Of a DNA stretch of 64,000 nucleotides, positions 25,791 to 40,126 are shown one piece after another. The stretch comes from Iphione sp. A-MEVVRFRX5. Taxonomy: Eukaryota. The position numbers and the translations under genes are program-made. The stretch covers positions 58,032,001-58,096,000 of the forward strand of contig OZ320313.1 of assembly GCA_976226885.1 (NCBI GenBank), written 5' to 3'. Within the stretch, counting starts at the first letter, position 1; each line of letters begins with the position of its first letter. A model generated the notes under the pieces. The model was not told where the DNA came from. It was given only the letters and a program-made list of their open reading frames with translations, and ran no database searches.

Positions 25791-27682
25791 GTTGGGGCGA
25801 AGCTCTGATGACATACATGTTGTAATACAAAGCTGTTCTCTCCGAGGGAGATACAACAAGGATAGAATGGCAAGTTTAGATGAGAATAAAGCTGAATAGA
25901 AGCGTCATTTATTTCGCCACTGAAGCACTTAGGTATACGAAGATGAGTTGACACACGTTGTTGGTGTACAACGGCCCTACGCTAGTGTCGCCATCCTTTC
26001 CAAATGCCCACGTTTTATAGGTGACAGTGGTACATTAGTATATACTGGTACGCAGTTTATCCGTGTTCATCTTTACAGCAGTATTCTAAGTAAACAGCTG
26101 GCACATCCACATGTAAACACTTGAATGCATCCCATTATACAGAATGGCATGAAAGCTTATTTTCACCCACCATCACAGGGGCACAAGAGACCATTTGCCA
26201 TGACTGTTTACTCAAATTATTCACACATTTTTTAGTACTTCCTTCTTATTCGCCAATCATATTTTTCTTTCAGCCTAAATACTGTGGTTGATCAGTCAGC
26301 ACGTTCCAAGTCCTATTTCACCCAATGAAAACGGTGTGCCTTGGGATGACAAGGTCGAAAGTTCAATCATTTCGAATGAAACCAAACAACTTGGTTGAAA
26401 TGGTTCTGTGCCAGCATTTAATTAGCAAGTTAGCACGAATACAAAGAAAGAAAAGGAAATCCACGGATGGAGAGGTCATATAATTAAGGTTAAGTTATCC
26501 AGTGAACTCTATTAAATATTTGTTCCAGGTTGCATCACATCAAAATAATTCATTTCACAAAAAGCAACGCATATAATAAAAACTCTCAAAGGATTACAGT
26601 ATCGTGGCCTCATTGAAACACATCTACAAGAGCAATACGTTAAAAAAATATTTAATCAACGTAAATATCGCTGAAGATAAGCCAGTGTGCAAAATAAATA
26701 AGAGAAGTATTATCATTCCCAGGACAGGAAGCACAATTTTCGGTCACGTATACTGTTCCTACCTTCCTCCTCTAAAAGGTGCCTATATTGTTTCTTAGTC
26801 TAGATTAACCGTGGCATCGAGGGCAGGTATAATTAGGATCCTTATATAGAGTCACCCTTGGTATCCATCACGATGCTTATTACTTTGGCCGTCTGGTCGT
26901 ATTATAGTCATTGGCAAACATCTGTGGGAATAATGGAAGCAGATGAAACCTCTTTCCCGTGGCCGATAAGTAATTAATTCTCTGTTCTTGGAGACACCGC
27001 GAAATTGTAGTCGATGTATACGCGCTTTTCAAGGATTTGAAAATACATGGACTTTTCAAAATTGCTCACTCTTTTCTCAGAATGTAAACAAAAATATCCT
27101 ACAAGTCTTTTAAGTAGACGAGAAACACTCACTGAAAAAGATTGCAGGTACGAGATCCGGTCCGTCGTCTATGCTGCAAAGGCTGACCTCAAATTATTGC
27201 AACGATTATTTTCATTGAGGTCAGAGACTTACATTAGTTTCATTCCACCTATGTTTTAACTTAATGTGAAAAAGGCTACAACAATAAATGCGGTTTGTTA
27301 GCTAATCTTAAGGTAGAGCGGCATGAGTTAGAATGTGACGAAAAAGACGTAACAAAAAGGAGAGCAAATGTGGAACAGCTCATTTCACACAGTCTGCTAG
27401 TCTGAGACTCTGAATCTCCGAGAGCATGGACTTGAATCAGAAATTATCCCCAAAGGAAATTTACGGCCATCTCCGAAACAAAATGAAAGCAACATCTCTG
27501 TTGCATTGTAGGGTAGTGGCGTATGGTTTGTGTAAACAAAACGGGAAAAAGATACGAGGTATTAGGGTGTCGTTCTTTCGACAGAAGTATTGCCCCGATG
27601 AGGTCACAAGAGGCCGACTCTAAACAATAATGGTATGCATGTTAAGAAACACGGGGGTTTATTTTCCATTAATTACTTTCAG

Positions 27683-27824
27683 AATTGGTCCGTGATGCCA
27701 CTTGGACATCCGGATCGCTCTACAAGCTCAGGGCAAGAAAGAGCATACATCACCTTCTTCAGGGCGGACCCTAAGGAGGGAAAAAGAGAGCGTAGCGAGG
27801 CTTCCCCTGAGCACAGGGCTATAC
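27683..27824 (+). CDS. Candidate internal exon, unidentified protein
   Basis: Acceptor TTCCATTAATTACTTTCAG and donor AC|GTGAGT. One frame is open (NWSVMPLGHPDRSTSSGQERAYITFFRADP...). No homology recognised. Confidence 0.25.
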
Positions 27825-30164
27825 GTGAGTATGAATCAGGCGCGATAGATGTGGCTCGAATAGCCAGAGGTGGCTCGCTAGGGAGAGCTTTACTGCCCCC
27901 CGCTATAACCGGCTTCCGATTACATCTGAGGTGGATATCAAGACTGGCCAGAAGAATTATGAGGCCAGCACTCTATCTATGCTGCGAAGCTGGCGCTTGA
28001 CCGTATAATTCAACTGTCCTGTGTTTGTCACTATATATACAGTGAAGCGATTTGGAGTGGACGGCGGGTACGGGGACCCTACCAGACACCAGCATAAAAT
28101 ATTCAATATTTCGGCGGCAGTTTCGATTTGTATCGCTTTTAATTAATTTATCATTTAGTTCACAATAAGAGACCTCTCGACAGCTTTTTATTTGCAGTCC
28201 TTCAATTGCACATATTTCCTAATACGAGCTATGCACAAAGAGCCGATACCATATGTTCCCCTGTGGTTGCTAAAGTCTGGTCCATTACTGGTTGACGTTG
28301 GAGGAGGGGGTGATAGGATACTGGTCAGTCTGTTTTTGACGGTAGCTACGGGTTTCGTAATTCCCACTGGCGATTGTATTATGAGGCGGACTACATGGAA
28401 CGTATCCTGGGAACGAACAGTAACCCCATTTACCCATACGAATGATAACCTTGAAATAAAAGCTTCCAGGTCACTGAGCATTCCCATACAGCGCAGCTCT
28501 GTAGCAATATACATGTAATATACATGCACAATATACTACAGCCCATCTGTAGATACTTGTGCCATCTGTGGTGATGTAGTTGTAATTTTCTTTGGCAGAA
28601 TTTGCCCCCTCCGTAAAATTTACTCTCAGGAATAATATTATTCGTCATTCATCATTACCCATAAGAGAAGGTACTCCTTTCACTAAGGAAGTGCTCTCAA
28701 TTTCGAGGATATTATATATACATGTACATCAGTTCGCACACACATAAATACATCTACATGTATATCTATGCATAAACACTCATATTGAGCACATCTTCCG
28801 GCCTTTCCCCATCTTCATCTTTTCTCTGAAATACGTATTTATGACGTCCCACAGGAAATGAATGCGTAACTACACGGAGCCGTCCCACAGGGTCTTCTGT
28901 CGCCTTACGTGCGGGTTATGTTCCAGGGATTTACTCGGCAGAATATAGGTATTTCATTTATTTTTCATCTTCGTTACTACTACGTAATGCACAATGGACA
29001 CGTAAGAAGAAATCCATCTCAGTATATGATACTTCATTTTTTCATGCTAAAATCCCTTAACGGCTGATGACTATCGTTCTCTTTCGGGGAGCTGCACATT
29101 TCCCAAACTGCAAGGCGGGCTACCCATACTCAAGGTACGTCATCCTAGCTGCATGCAACCATCTACTTCCGTGAAGCAGTCCTGCGCCAAAAACAATTGT
29201 TGATGACCTCCTGGCTTATTTTTTCGAGCCCGTGCGCAGGGAATGTACTCATGGTGTGCTACTCCCCAGGTGACCCATTAGTGGTTGTGCTAGATCGGAG
29301 ACCTTGGCAGGAGCAGTAGTAGTTTAAAGGAGACGGAAGAGGAAATAGGGTCGGTATCAGCTGCTGTGTTGTGGCAGCAACATCAATACGTCCATGGGAA
29401 GAGCTAAACTAACAGCACATTTGACCGACGATAATGGTGCACTGGGCCTTACCATAGTCACCCAAACCATGCCGTTCATTTGTGTGTGTGTGCATGTTGT
29501 CAGTTCATGGGTCGCACTGGAAGGACCAAAATGAGCATCGGTGTATAGCTTCCAGCGAAAGGGATTCGCAATAGCAATTTGTAAAGCCGGTATTGTGCCA
29601 AAATAACGTACTGGGAGAACTAAAATTCTGCATTATGTAGACAGCGGGAACGCGTCCTATATGTTCTTAAATGTAGGTAAAGTTGTGGCGATGTCTTCGC
29701 TTTTTTTTTGGAAAACTCTGCTGATGTCCTCGACTTGCCCTCTATTGCCCTCATATCATCAGTACGTATCAGTGTGTTCATAATCCGTCAAAAATAAAAC
29801 GTACATGAATTGAATGACCAATGACTCTGATTATTGTAGAGAGTTCAGCTACCAAAAGCCACGTACACAGTCACCGTTATCACCTGCACCCGAAAGCTTT
29901 GTTGAAGATAAAGCTAACTGTGGTTGGTGCCTCATTCAACAGTACATCCACAAGGAAAGGGAGGCTGCTCTGTCGGACCAGCGGCTGTGCTATTGACTCC
30001 AGAGACTGCGGCATATACGGGACAATATTGTAGTCCGCTGCACGAAAAAACTGAAACAATAGCAAAGGCAAAGGTAGTAGAAGCAGCAACAATGGTGGCA
30101 GCTACCCAACTGCACCATTATTAGTGCCTGCAACCCTCCTAGTTCCGATCTGGTAGTAGCATGA

Positions 30165-30420
30165 CAGATGTCCGTCTGCGGCGGGCTGAACCTCCCGACC
30201 TGGATTTCGGGTCACGCTCACGCGAGTCGGGCGGTCGAGGCGCGATGGCCCAGATATTACAACTCGTGCCTATCGCTGCATCATTAACGGAGCCGGGAGG
30301 GTCTGGTTAGGGGCCGAATGGGGCGGCCGGGGTGGTCGGGGCGGTTGGCCGCCACCACATTTGCCGTGCCCGCTCTAGTAATCACCCGTCACGCTGCCTC
30401 TCGGATGGACGCGTGTAGCC
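30165..30420. promoter_or_regulatory. GC/CpG-rich island with GC boxes and a G-quadruplex-compatible tract
   Basis: Local CpG density is far above the surroundings. GGGGCGG occurs twice, and there are four G4 runs at 30310-30341. Lies upstream of the candidate exon at 30804. Confidence 0.4.
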
Positions 30421-30803
30421 CAGAGGTTCGCCTCTGACACTTAATCAGCGCAGACTACCTATGTGGGACTGTCAGAAGATCCGCCTGTCTGTGGGTATGG
30501 TTGCGTACTACCAGTCCCTCTATCCAGACAACAACCTGCCTTGCCCAACGTATCCAACGATGTCTTCCTTATGGTAAAGGTAAACGCTAGTTACAAAAAA
30601 AAACGAAAATCGAGAAAAGGCATCAGGCCTCGTGAGAGCCACTGCTTTGTTTACCGCCAAGGGGGAAGATGAGGAAGAGGGGGGAGAAGGAGGAGGGGGT
30701 AGAGGTTGCGTACTTTGTTGGAAGGCTCCTCCACATTGCTTAATCTTAATTAGTTATCTTGCCATAATCAACCTGTTTTTATTACCTTGTTTGATTTCCC
30801 CAG

Positions 30804-31007
30804 TGTGCAGCGATCAGATGTCATCCTGCACTGGCGAATGCCATAGGGCAGCAGGGCAGGCGACCGTTAAAAATGCGAGCCACATGGGGAACTCTTGCCG
30901 GTGGCCAGTCACTGGGGACCTGTGTGTTATTATGCTACTCGTCAGTCTCTTCTCGCACGGGATAATGCCAAAATTGAATACGCCAGGCTGTGTGATTTAT
31001 CGCACTG
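30804..31007 (+). CDS. Candidate exon encoding a signal peptide or signal-anchor
   Basis: Strong acceptor TTGTTTGATTTCCCCAG and donor CTG|GTATGT, 204 bp, phase 1-1, open. From ATG 30884: MGNSCRWPVTGDLCVIMLLVSLFSHGIMPKLNTPGCVIYRT, with a hydrophobic core. Confidence 0.4.
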
Positions 31008-34000
31008 GTATGTATGATGTGACCATAGACAACGTGGCAGTAAGCTCGTGTGAAAGGAATACAATGGAAAGAGCGATGAGAAATTCAAAGGCGGCTGGAT
31101 AGAGAGAAACACAGCAGAACCGATGCCTGGTGCACACACTAGATCTAGGCGTAGGAACACTGGTAGGCGGGAAATATAGCATAGTAATAAAAAGAAAATT
31201 TAAAGAGACAAAGAACTCACGGTGCCTAATCATTAATGTAAAATTGTCTAATCCATTAACACGTTATCTTGTTTAATGAACCAAGTGCTACTATTTACTG
31301 TATTCAATAGGCTGGTGGTTTTAATAGTACCTGCATGAACTTGCTTTGCAGTGGTATTGCTTACATAGCATTTAATCTATACGTTCAGTCTTTTACCCAA
31401 ACTTGTATCAGTATAAATAAGTTTTACTACTGACACCCAATCTCACGCTGAACAAAATGACATTTGACCTGCAAAAATCACTATTTTGCTTAAAGGTAAC
31501 TTATCTAGAGGATAAGGTGTCCCTGCAACTGGCCATTAGAAATAAAAATCACGCATGCTTTACTGTAAACACCAATAAATTTCTTTAAAATGCTAGAAGC
31601 CTATAAACAATTCCTTTTTATTAACGCTTAAGGGTGTATGTTAACACATCAACATACATACATTGTTAACAGACGTTATCTAAATCGAACTACTTCTTTT
31701 AAGAGTGATACGTCCAACCTTTTGTAAAAATATATTTAGGGTGTAATTTGCATTTGTGTCGATATGAATCGTTAACCAGGGGTGTATCGTCCCGATGTAA
31801 CACAAATATGGAGATTACGTTTCGTTCAATCCGAAAGTAACATTTACATGTTCCATTCAATACCTTTAAAACATCCGCTACCTTTCCTGGTCTGCTAGCA
31901 TAAAGATTAAGTTGCACTACGGGCCCCTATCGATGATTGCTGGCTAGCATTCATTTCCATTCGCGAACCAAGTACTGTCTGCTCCAGTATTCCAACTGAC
32001 AACAAATCAAGATGACTCTGCCCATGGATCTCATCGCCTGGTCTACTGCATGGTTTTAAAACAAAGGCAACGGCCAGTCGAAACCCTGGCTGCCGGTTCC
32101 ACTGCTATTACTTCCATATTCATGTGCGGGCGCGTTCTATCGGTTTTATGACAGTAGATTATGCTGTAATTCTCATAAACTAAAAGTGCAGACAGGAATT
32201 TGGAACTACGGTATGTGATTGCTCGCCGGCCGCTTGACTGCCGACCAACTTCCATGAATGACAAATATGACGGAATGATGCCCCTTCCTCGGCACCCACC
32301 CTCCCCTATCCTCCTCCCCCTCCCCAGACACCAGCCCTCCCTCCACCGCTCTCATCCTGCCAGCATCGTCCCCTCATAATGATACAGCCAGGTCGTTAAG
32401 GAATGATTCCCAAGGCCAGTCAGGCGCGTGGGGGATACGCGAAACTGTCCCCACTGGTGATGGGCGCACCGGAGCCAGCTGTGCGGCAGGGTATTAACTG
32501 AAAATACGGCCCCAATAAAGACCAACCGAGCAAAGGGCCTAGCAGGTCCCAGCCAATCTGCAGTCTCCTATTTAGCGGCTAGATAGATTTTTCGGTTCGT
32601 AGCGACTTTGGTAGAACTTGGCGCAACTGGGTCCAACTCGCTAGGACCGAGTCCGATGAGCTGAAATTTGGTTTGCAAAACCCATTGATGGGGGTCCCCT
32701 GTCTCCCTGTCGTAGCAATCGTATATGACGCTGAACCCCCGAGGAGACGCTCACCTTAACGTATTCCTTGTTTTGGTTTGGTTGGTTTTTTTTTGGGTTT
32801 TTTTGTGGGGGGGGGAGGCGCGTGTGTGGTGGGGTATGGGCAATTTTTCTTTTCCTCAAATCTCGCAGGCTGCGGACGCGACAATCCCTATTAATTTGGC
32901 ATTCTCAGTGTCAGGGTAACGGAAAGAGGCGCATCGTTTTATGTAGCGAAAGAAGGGGCTGAAGGGGATTAGTTTTGACAGATCTTTCTTCATGCTAAAA
33001 TTGGACGATAACAGACGGGCGCTCATGAGCCATAAATCGATATCAGCTTAGCATGGCTGTGAGCAAAATAGAGGCTAGAATATTCTGAGTGCACACCGTA
33101 AATATATATGTCTGAGTGGATATGACATCGGGCCTCACATCTAACTGAACGACTTCGAAAGATCAGATTATGTTTCTAAGTAGAATTATTCACTTCTCTA
33201 AGATCGAGACTATTTGAGCGCAACCCCTTGTGTCCTAAACAGTTCACTCCGTGATAGGTCACTCAGGTCACTAGCTCACTTTTCTGCATGTCCAAGAAGT
33301 ATGACTGTCTATACAGACTTGTAACAAAGATAATGCCAAGCTTCTGGTTATTATGCACAGTGTCTATAGCATAAATTGCTACAGGGAGTGTGGACTATAT
33401 TTCCTCACAATCCATGAGCACGTTTCCGAGATATACTAGGTTTTGTTTTAGTAAAGCATATCAAACGTGCATCTTAATGAAGTCCGCAGTGTGTTTAGGC
33501 ATATTTTATTGCTGTATTAGAGGCCAAAGAGCAGTGTGCCAGACGTACCCGCAGTGAAGTGCTGAAATACGCAATAATTCAGTGGATGAAACAAAACCGC
33601 ATAATTGCTAATGTAGACTTTTCAATGGCTGATTAATTTAATAAAAGAAACAGTCGAGACCAGGCCAAGGAGAGAGAATAACTGACTATACAATCTACAG
33701 AAACTGAGGAGATACACAAAATTAGCTATCACTATCCTCCATTCTACATACCTTTTTGTCACTGATCTCTCAGCATGTTGCCTCAGCTGGGACCCTATCT
33801 GGACAATTTTGTTTGAAGCTTTTGAAAATCTTTACTCTTATATCCCACAAATAAACATCAAGAGAGTAAAGAGAGTACTTTTGGAACAAACCATTAATTC
33901 AACAGAAACTCCCTTTCACATAGTTTGTTTCACTCCTTGCTGACTGCATCCATGTAATCCTATTTGAGTCATAATAAACAATCTGTATCATTATCTAAAG

Positions 34001-37000
34001 GTTTTCCGATGGTTTCATTCGAAATCCTTTGTTTAGCACGCACATGCTTCGCCAGACAATTGCCATGATTAGTGAACAACGTTCTAGAACTGCCTTAATT
34101 TGTTCCGAGTAAAGTAATACCAAGTTATGTTGCGTAAATTATGGGGACTTCTAGAACAATGAACGTTTTGTGGACACTTTCAACAGTAGCTGCCAGTTGT
34201 CTGATGTTTCTGAAGAGTTTTATGTTACCTTTTGTTCAGAAGTAAAGATTCTCGTATTAAATGCAGCCCGTCCAGATTGGACCAGACAGACTAGACGTTG
34301 CGCTCAGCGTTCTAAAGAGAAGCGTTGATGCGACATATGTTGAAACAAATTTAACTGAGAAAGACCTAGATTATCGAAGCTGACGTGTTCACTCTTCACC
34401 TCATCCGTCAGGCAGCGAACAAAGACTGTTCATCGAGCAAACTATACATAAGTCGGCTTCCTCACAAAGGCTGGTTTCCTAACATGGCACTATTACATGC
34501 CCTATCTTCATGGTTCATAACTATTGACCCAAATGTTAGCCTTTGGTAATGCCGTTTATATGCGTATAATTCCTTATTTATAGCATAACACATGGGACAA
34601 TACATCTCTATAATATCTCGGTTCAGTTTGCTGAGATTTTCAGATTGAAGTGGCATTTGAAAAGCACGGGGACACTTGACACCAGAGGGACTGCCTGTGT
34701 TAGTCACAATTTTGTAGCCTATTCCCACCAGTACATTCAGCTCCGTACCCGAAACGTGGCCTTCCACCTTCTGTTATCTCAAATTCTACTGGAGGAAAAA
34801 AAACCTTCTCTTTGGTGTAGATTGATGTTCCGTTTACTTGGTATAAAATTTTCGCTTTCAAGTGCAGATTTGTATCGTTATCCAGAGTGTCTATAATACA
34901 TTGGTAGAATACATGTACATATACATGGTTTTAATGCAGGATTCGACTTAGAAATTGAACCTTGCCACCTGGATCGTCGTAATAAATTGGTTCGGATCAG
35001 ATTGTAATTGCAGGCTTTAAAAGTCCCTCAGTTATCCTAGATGAAGAAGACCCCTCTTCTTTGGGGAGTTGTCATTAATCATCTAATAAAATAACATTAC
35101 TGGCCTATCGATCTTTTTTTAGCATACTTTGTCTGTTTCTCCTTTTAAATTGTCCGTTCCAACTATTAATATGAGAGTTATAGAAGCATACTTGGTGTAT
35201 ATATAATACGACAGTCCAAGATCAGTTAGGCTATATGGTGTTCAAGAAACTAGATTAGTTTTATCTCTTATATAGTTGTGCCAATTTTATCTAGAATAGA
35301 AACCTACTCGATTTCATTCACAAAGGGTACCAGTAAATAGAAGGGAACGCTTCAGGCTTGTGATGGTGGTTGAGGCTTACCTAGATACCAGCCAAAGTTT
35401 AATGTTAAAGATAACAACAGGATAGGATTTGAGAGGGGTTTGTTTTCTGAAGAAGCACCACTAGTCTACAGGATTTAATTATGTCTGTCTCCCAGGTATA
35501 TCTTATCAGCGAGTTCTTCAACTCCGCTAAACACCAACAAAATAACATCCGGCCAGTTAAGTCCTATTTGATTCCGTGTAATGATTGATCAATGTTAGGG
35601 TGTTTTTTTTTAACAACTTCTTTATCTTGACATATAACATCATTCTCCGACATTGATCACAACGGTCCGCCGGACAGAATAGGCTTTGCACCCGACCACA
35701 AGCCCAACCACAAAGCCAAACAACATGTGGTTCTAGTAAAAGAACGAATGTATACTATTCCCTTCATATTGTGTTTGTGTAACGTATTGCATACGTGACA
35801 ACTAGTACACGTGCGTCGACTGCATTTGCGGCGTGACTGAACAGGAGGCCACATTATCGCCCAACTACTAATGGCCTCCCTAACCACAGTAACGCAACTT
35901 TCAACTACTTTTCAGCATCCATCAATCAATTCAGAAATGTCGTGCATTTGAATATTGTATAAAGCCATCTTTATCAATAGGGGCGTCACGCTCGGACACC
36001 GAATTCTCGTCTGGTCCTTCTGGAAGTTTGTCGATGTCCCCTGCCATTCCTTGCTTCCTTCTAGTAAGCTAAAAAGCACATGGACCGATATCTCGTGGCA
36101 TTTTCGTCACTTGCTGACAAATCCTGTACCGCTCGAGACAAGATTGATCGTTGCCATGGAAACATCTCCCCGGTGTCTCGTGACAGAGTATTCCTCCAAC
36201 AAATTTTGATGAATGATGGTTTGCGTTTCTCTGGGTGACCGTGATATAGTCCTCGAGGTGATCCATCACTACAGCAGCTTTATCTCATGCACCAGCCGCA
36301 GGGTAACGGGCGAATATATTCCATATTCAAACATACGTCATAGAATATCCATATAACCAGGCACCTTAAGTTACAATTTATGGATAACGCACTATATGGA
36401 AGCATATTTTACGGGCGCTCCAGCAGCCGTCCCTCACCAGGTCATCTATATACACAAACTGTATCTCAACTAATGATGCTCATGCAGTACAGGTAGTACA
36501 CAGGCGCGAATCCATTTGCTGTGTAAGTGACGCGTCCAGTAAATATGTGATCCGTCCAGTGAATATAAGCGGGTAACCCTTTTGAAAAGTGAAGAAATAC
36601 ATGCCAACCGCCAGTGAAAGCAGTGCAGCTTTTTCGAACAGAAGGAAAATATATGTATCAAAGTTCGGTATTTTTCGTAAAAGTGTACCGAGAGACACGA
36701 GTCTCGTTCTGCATGGATATACACAAATACACACATATGTACATCTATTTTTCGCATACACCTCATGCCTCTAGGAAAACATTACTCCAAACCCTCACCA
36801 CCCTCAAGGGCAGAAGGGAATGTATGTGCAGCCGTTGATTCCCAGGTTTTAGAAAGGACCTTGCAGTAATCGTGTATGAGATCATCTTCCTCTCGAAAAT
36901 ATAACGTGGTAATAATAGGTTAGGTCTGAAGATACTGGACGAACCTCTTGTGTGTTAGGAGACCCCTAGACGATGGCCAGTGGATATTATCTGGTATCCT

Positions 37001-40000
37001 TTATTGTACGGTGGCACACGGACTTTGTAATTTAGTATCTAACTGTACATAAAGAATTGTCTTTGATTTGCTGTTCCCTCTAAAAGGATTGGCTTTTAGC
37101 AAGGGGACGAAACTCGGGTATTTTCTAATTATTCACATTTGCTTCATCTCATGTTCGCGATCAATGGTGATTATTACAAACTCTTCTGGTTGTGTGGGAT
37201 AAGATAAAAGATTTTGAAATTCTAATATTAAAGATATTTCTTCGGCTAAAATAGAATACTGGATATCTAAAACGCTCAACTTTTCTATGTGCTACAATGT
37301 AATCGAAAGCTAATTAATGAACGGAGTATTATTAGAGAGGTCATGTTATTTATCAATATAGAACATCTAGAATTGATATTTTCCTTTCATATATGCTTTT
37401 CAGATAAAAGTTGATGCAAAGTGAAGCAGAGCGGTCCGTGTACAACGGGTGGAATTAGAAGAACGTCTACTGGAATACTTACATACTGTTATATATGAGG
37501 GATTGCTGGGGGAGGTCCTACTATTAAGATATGAATGACATACAAGCATACGACACATCCTCGTGCCAGAGAATACTTCAACAATTTAGGCAAAAATGTC
37601 TCTACCATAAACAACATGAAATACAATAATCCATGCTGATAACGCTACAATCCTTTCAACAAAATGGAAAACCTACTTTTATTTCTATAGTCACAAAACA
37701 CGAGTTACCTTTCATAACAGGTTTGCATTTGAACCTGACTGTTTCATTTCGGAAACTGTGAGAAATATCTCATTACATACCGAGCAGTGCTCCCGTTTAA
37801 GAAAAAAGAAAAGTTATCATTACAAGAAATAACTGCAACTCGTTCATTTTCTCTGAAAAAATACTTCCATTGCTTACAGGGCCTCTCCACTTGCACCTAA
37901 ATTCCTTCCATCTTCGCGAAGTATTCTTAGCCTTTATGTGCTGATCTTCATCACTCTCGAATTACTTATTTCTTTATCCCGTTCCCTTTATGTCCGATCA
38001 TGGGAAGGTTCTCATTATTATCTTGAAAGTGTACCCCGTAGCCAGTTTTGCTGTTCCCCGGGGGCGATCATCAGCAACATGACCAGAGTGTATTATTCGG
38101 AACACATAAACATAAGGAGCGAGGTCAGCCAGAGGGTGGCGTTGGTCCGTCTTACATCCGACCAGCTCGCGCCATTTCCCTCACATGACATACAACACCT
38201 TCTGTTGTTTGGGCCCGGGGACAGGCGAGCAGATAATATTATAACACTTAGTCTGCAGGAAAGACATAACATGTCCAGTATAATTCAAGGCGTTTCTTCC
38301 ATATGCGACGGGCGCCAAAAGGTGATTACGAACCTCGTTTCTAACAGTGACGGAGGGGATTTTGTATATATTACACAGTAGTGTTATGCATTTCCCGTAA
38401 AGCATAGCTCCGGAATGATCAACACACGAAATTCTCGACGGAATTATGCTTCTTTTATATAGCAGAACACTTCATTTGGCCGATCTGCAGGCGGAATCAT
38501 TCAGACACTTGAATTGACAGAATAAATGGTCGACCTACATGATGCTTGCTTCGCGTTTATTGAAACTGGATTACCTGGCCCAGTGCCACATAGCTGTCAA
38601 AGAAGAATTTATGCCTCTAAATCAAGTAGGTTAATCGCTACCTTTACATTAACACAATCTCCAGCAGAAAGGCACCTGCGAATGGTAACCTAGAGTGAAC
38701 TCTTCCAAGTGTGACATTTGACGGCATCACCGCGTATATCGCTTTATCAACAATCATTTTGACGGCTGGATTAGGAAGAAGATCTGAGTAAGATAAAGAG
38801 GAGCTTTTTAAGTGTTTCTCAGGTAAATCAATCCAAATAAAGCGGCAGTGTGGGCGAATACGTTCTGGCGGGATGGCAGCTGAATCGCATGCAACAGCAA
38901 TGTCGATGTCAATTTTATTAGAGTTCAAAGGAACCACTTAAATAAGTAACAATAAAGTGCTTTTTCATGAATAGAGATTTCGAATGCAATGAGACCAATT
39001 TAAAGCAAAGTAAGTTGTGTAATTAACTAGGACGGACCGCTGCTCAATTGGAAATTTCTCCTTATTTGAAATAACATTGGCTAATCGTTCAGTGCCTCAT
39101 GAAATGCCAAATACATTGTTATTTTTCAGTTATTTATCAGCTAGGTATACATCTAGTAGGGGTATATGACCTAGTATCAAATATACCGTGTTAGATATCA
39201 ATTGTAGAACACAAAGGAATTTAAGGACACTTTCTTTACTGGGGAAGTAGAATTTGTTTCACCTCGATGAAAGGTGTTGGTGTCATGAAATTTCATTCAA
39301 ATATCGTGCGATTGGACCATGAACCATACAACTCTTGCAGTATTGAGCCACTTTTCTATATAAGCTAATGAGAAGATCGAATTACATGTTCCTACCACCA
39401 TCAGCTAGCGGTGACCGTTATTCACAGCACAGTAGAAATTGTCCTGACCATTCACTTGACAGTGCTGTTCTCCTATTGACACTGTTGGGATGTAATAACT
39501 TATGGGTTTCTGTGTGGATTTCTGTATTGTTTGTGATGTGCTAAAAAAACTGCACTGTGCGCTTGCATCTGTGTTTTGGCTACATTCCCGAGACGGATGC
39601 GTGTTCCTTTCCCATTCGGATGAAACGTCTTCCTTCTGCAAGCATGCAAGGTCACGGGGAAACTTTGAAAGGGGAGGAATGGGATTGACATGCATCATTT
39701 AGCAGCGCTCCTGTCTGGTTAAATGTGGTCGTTTGAGCAAGCCTTTCCTGGCGTTCAGTATGCGATCGAGCACATTCGAGCCAACCTTAGCACCTATAGT
39801 CCCTATTTGCATTTAACATATATAAGGAGATCGTGATTGCGACCTAGTTTGTGGCAGAGGAAAGAAAAGCGCCATCATCGAGCAGCGTAGAAACGCGATT
39901 ACTCACATGATATCTTTTAAGCTCTAAGCAAATTGAGCTCCTGACATCTTCTGTAGCAAATAGCTTTTTAACATACTGCCTCTAAAAACATACGTAACAG

Positions 40001-40078
40001 GAAGTGACGGTACAGAAACTGACTCACTAACAATATTATAGAAAGCAAGACAAAAAGTACTAAAGTGGGGAAGAGTTA

Positions 40079-40082
<4 letters not shown>

Positions 40083-40124
<42 letters not shown>
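40083..40124. repeat. (GA)n microsatellite
   Basis: Direct reading. Confidence 0.95.

Positions 40125-40126
<2 letters not shown>

Noticed and set aside
35649-35666. DIDHNG / GACATTGATCACAA shared with 48380-48397
   Set aside because: The match is only about 17 nt and the flanks do not align; probably chance.
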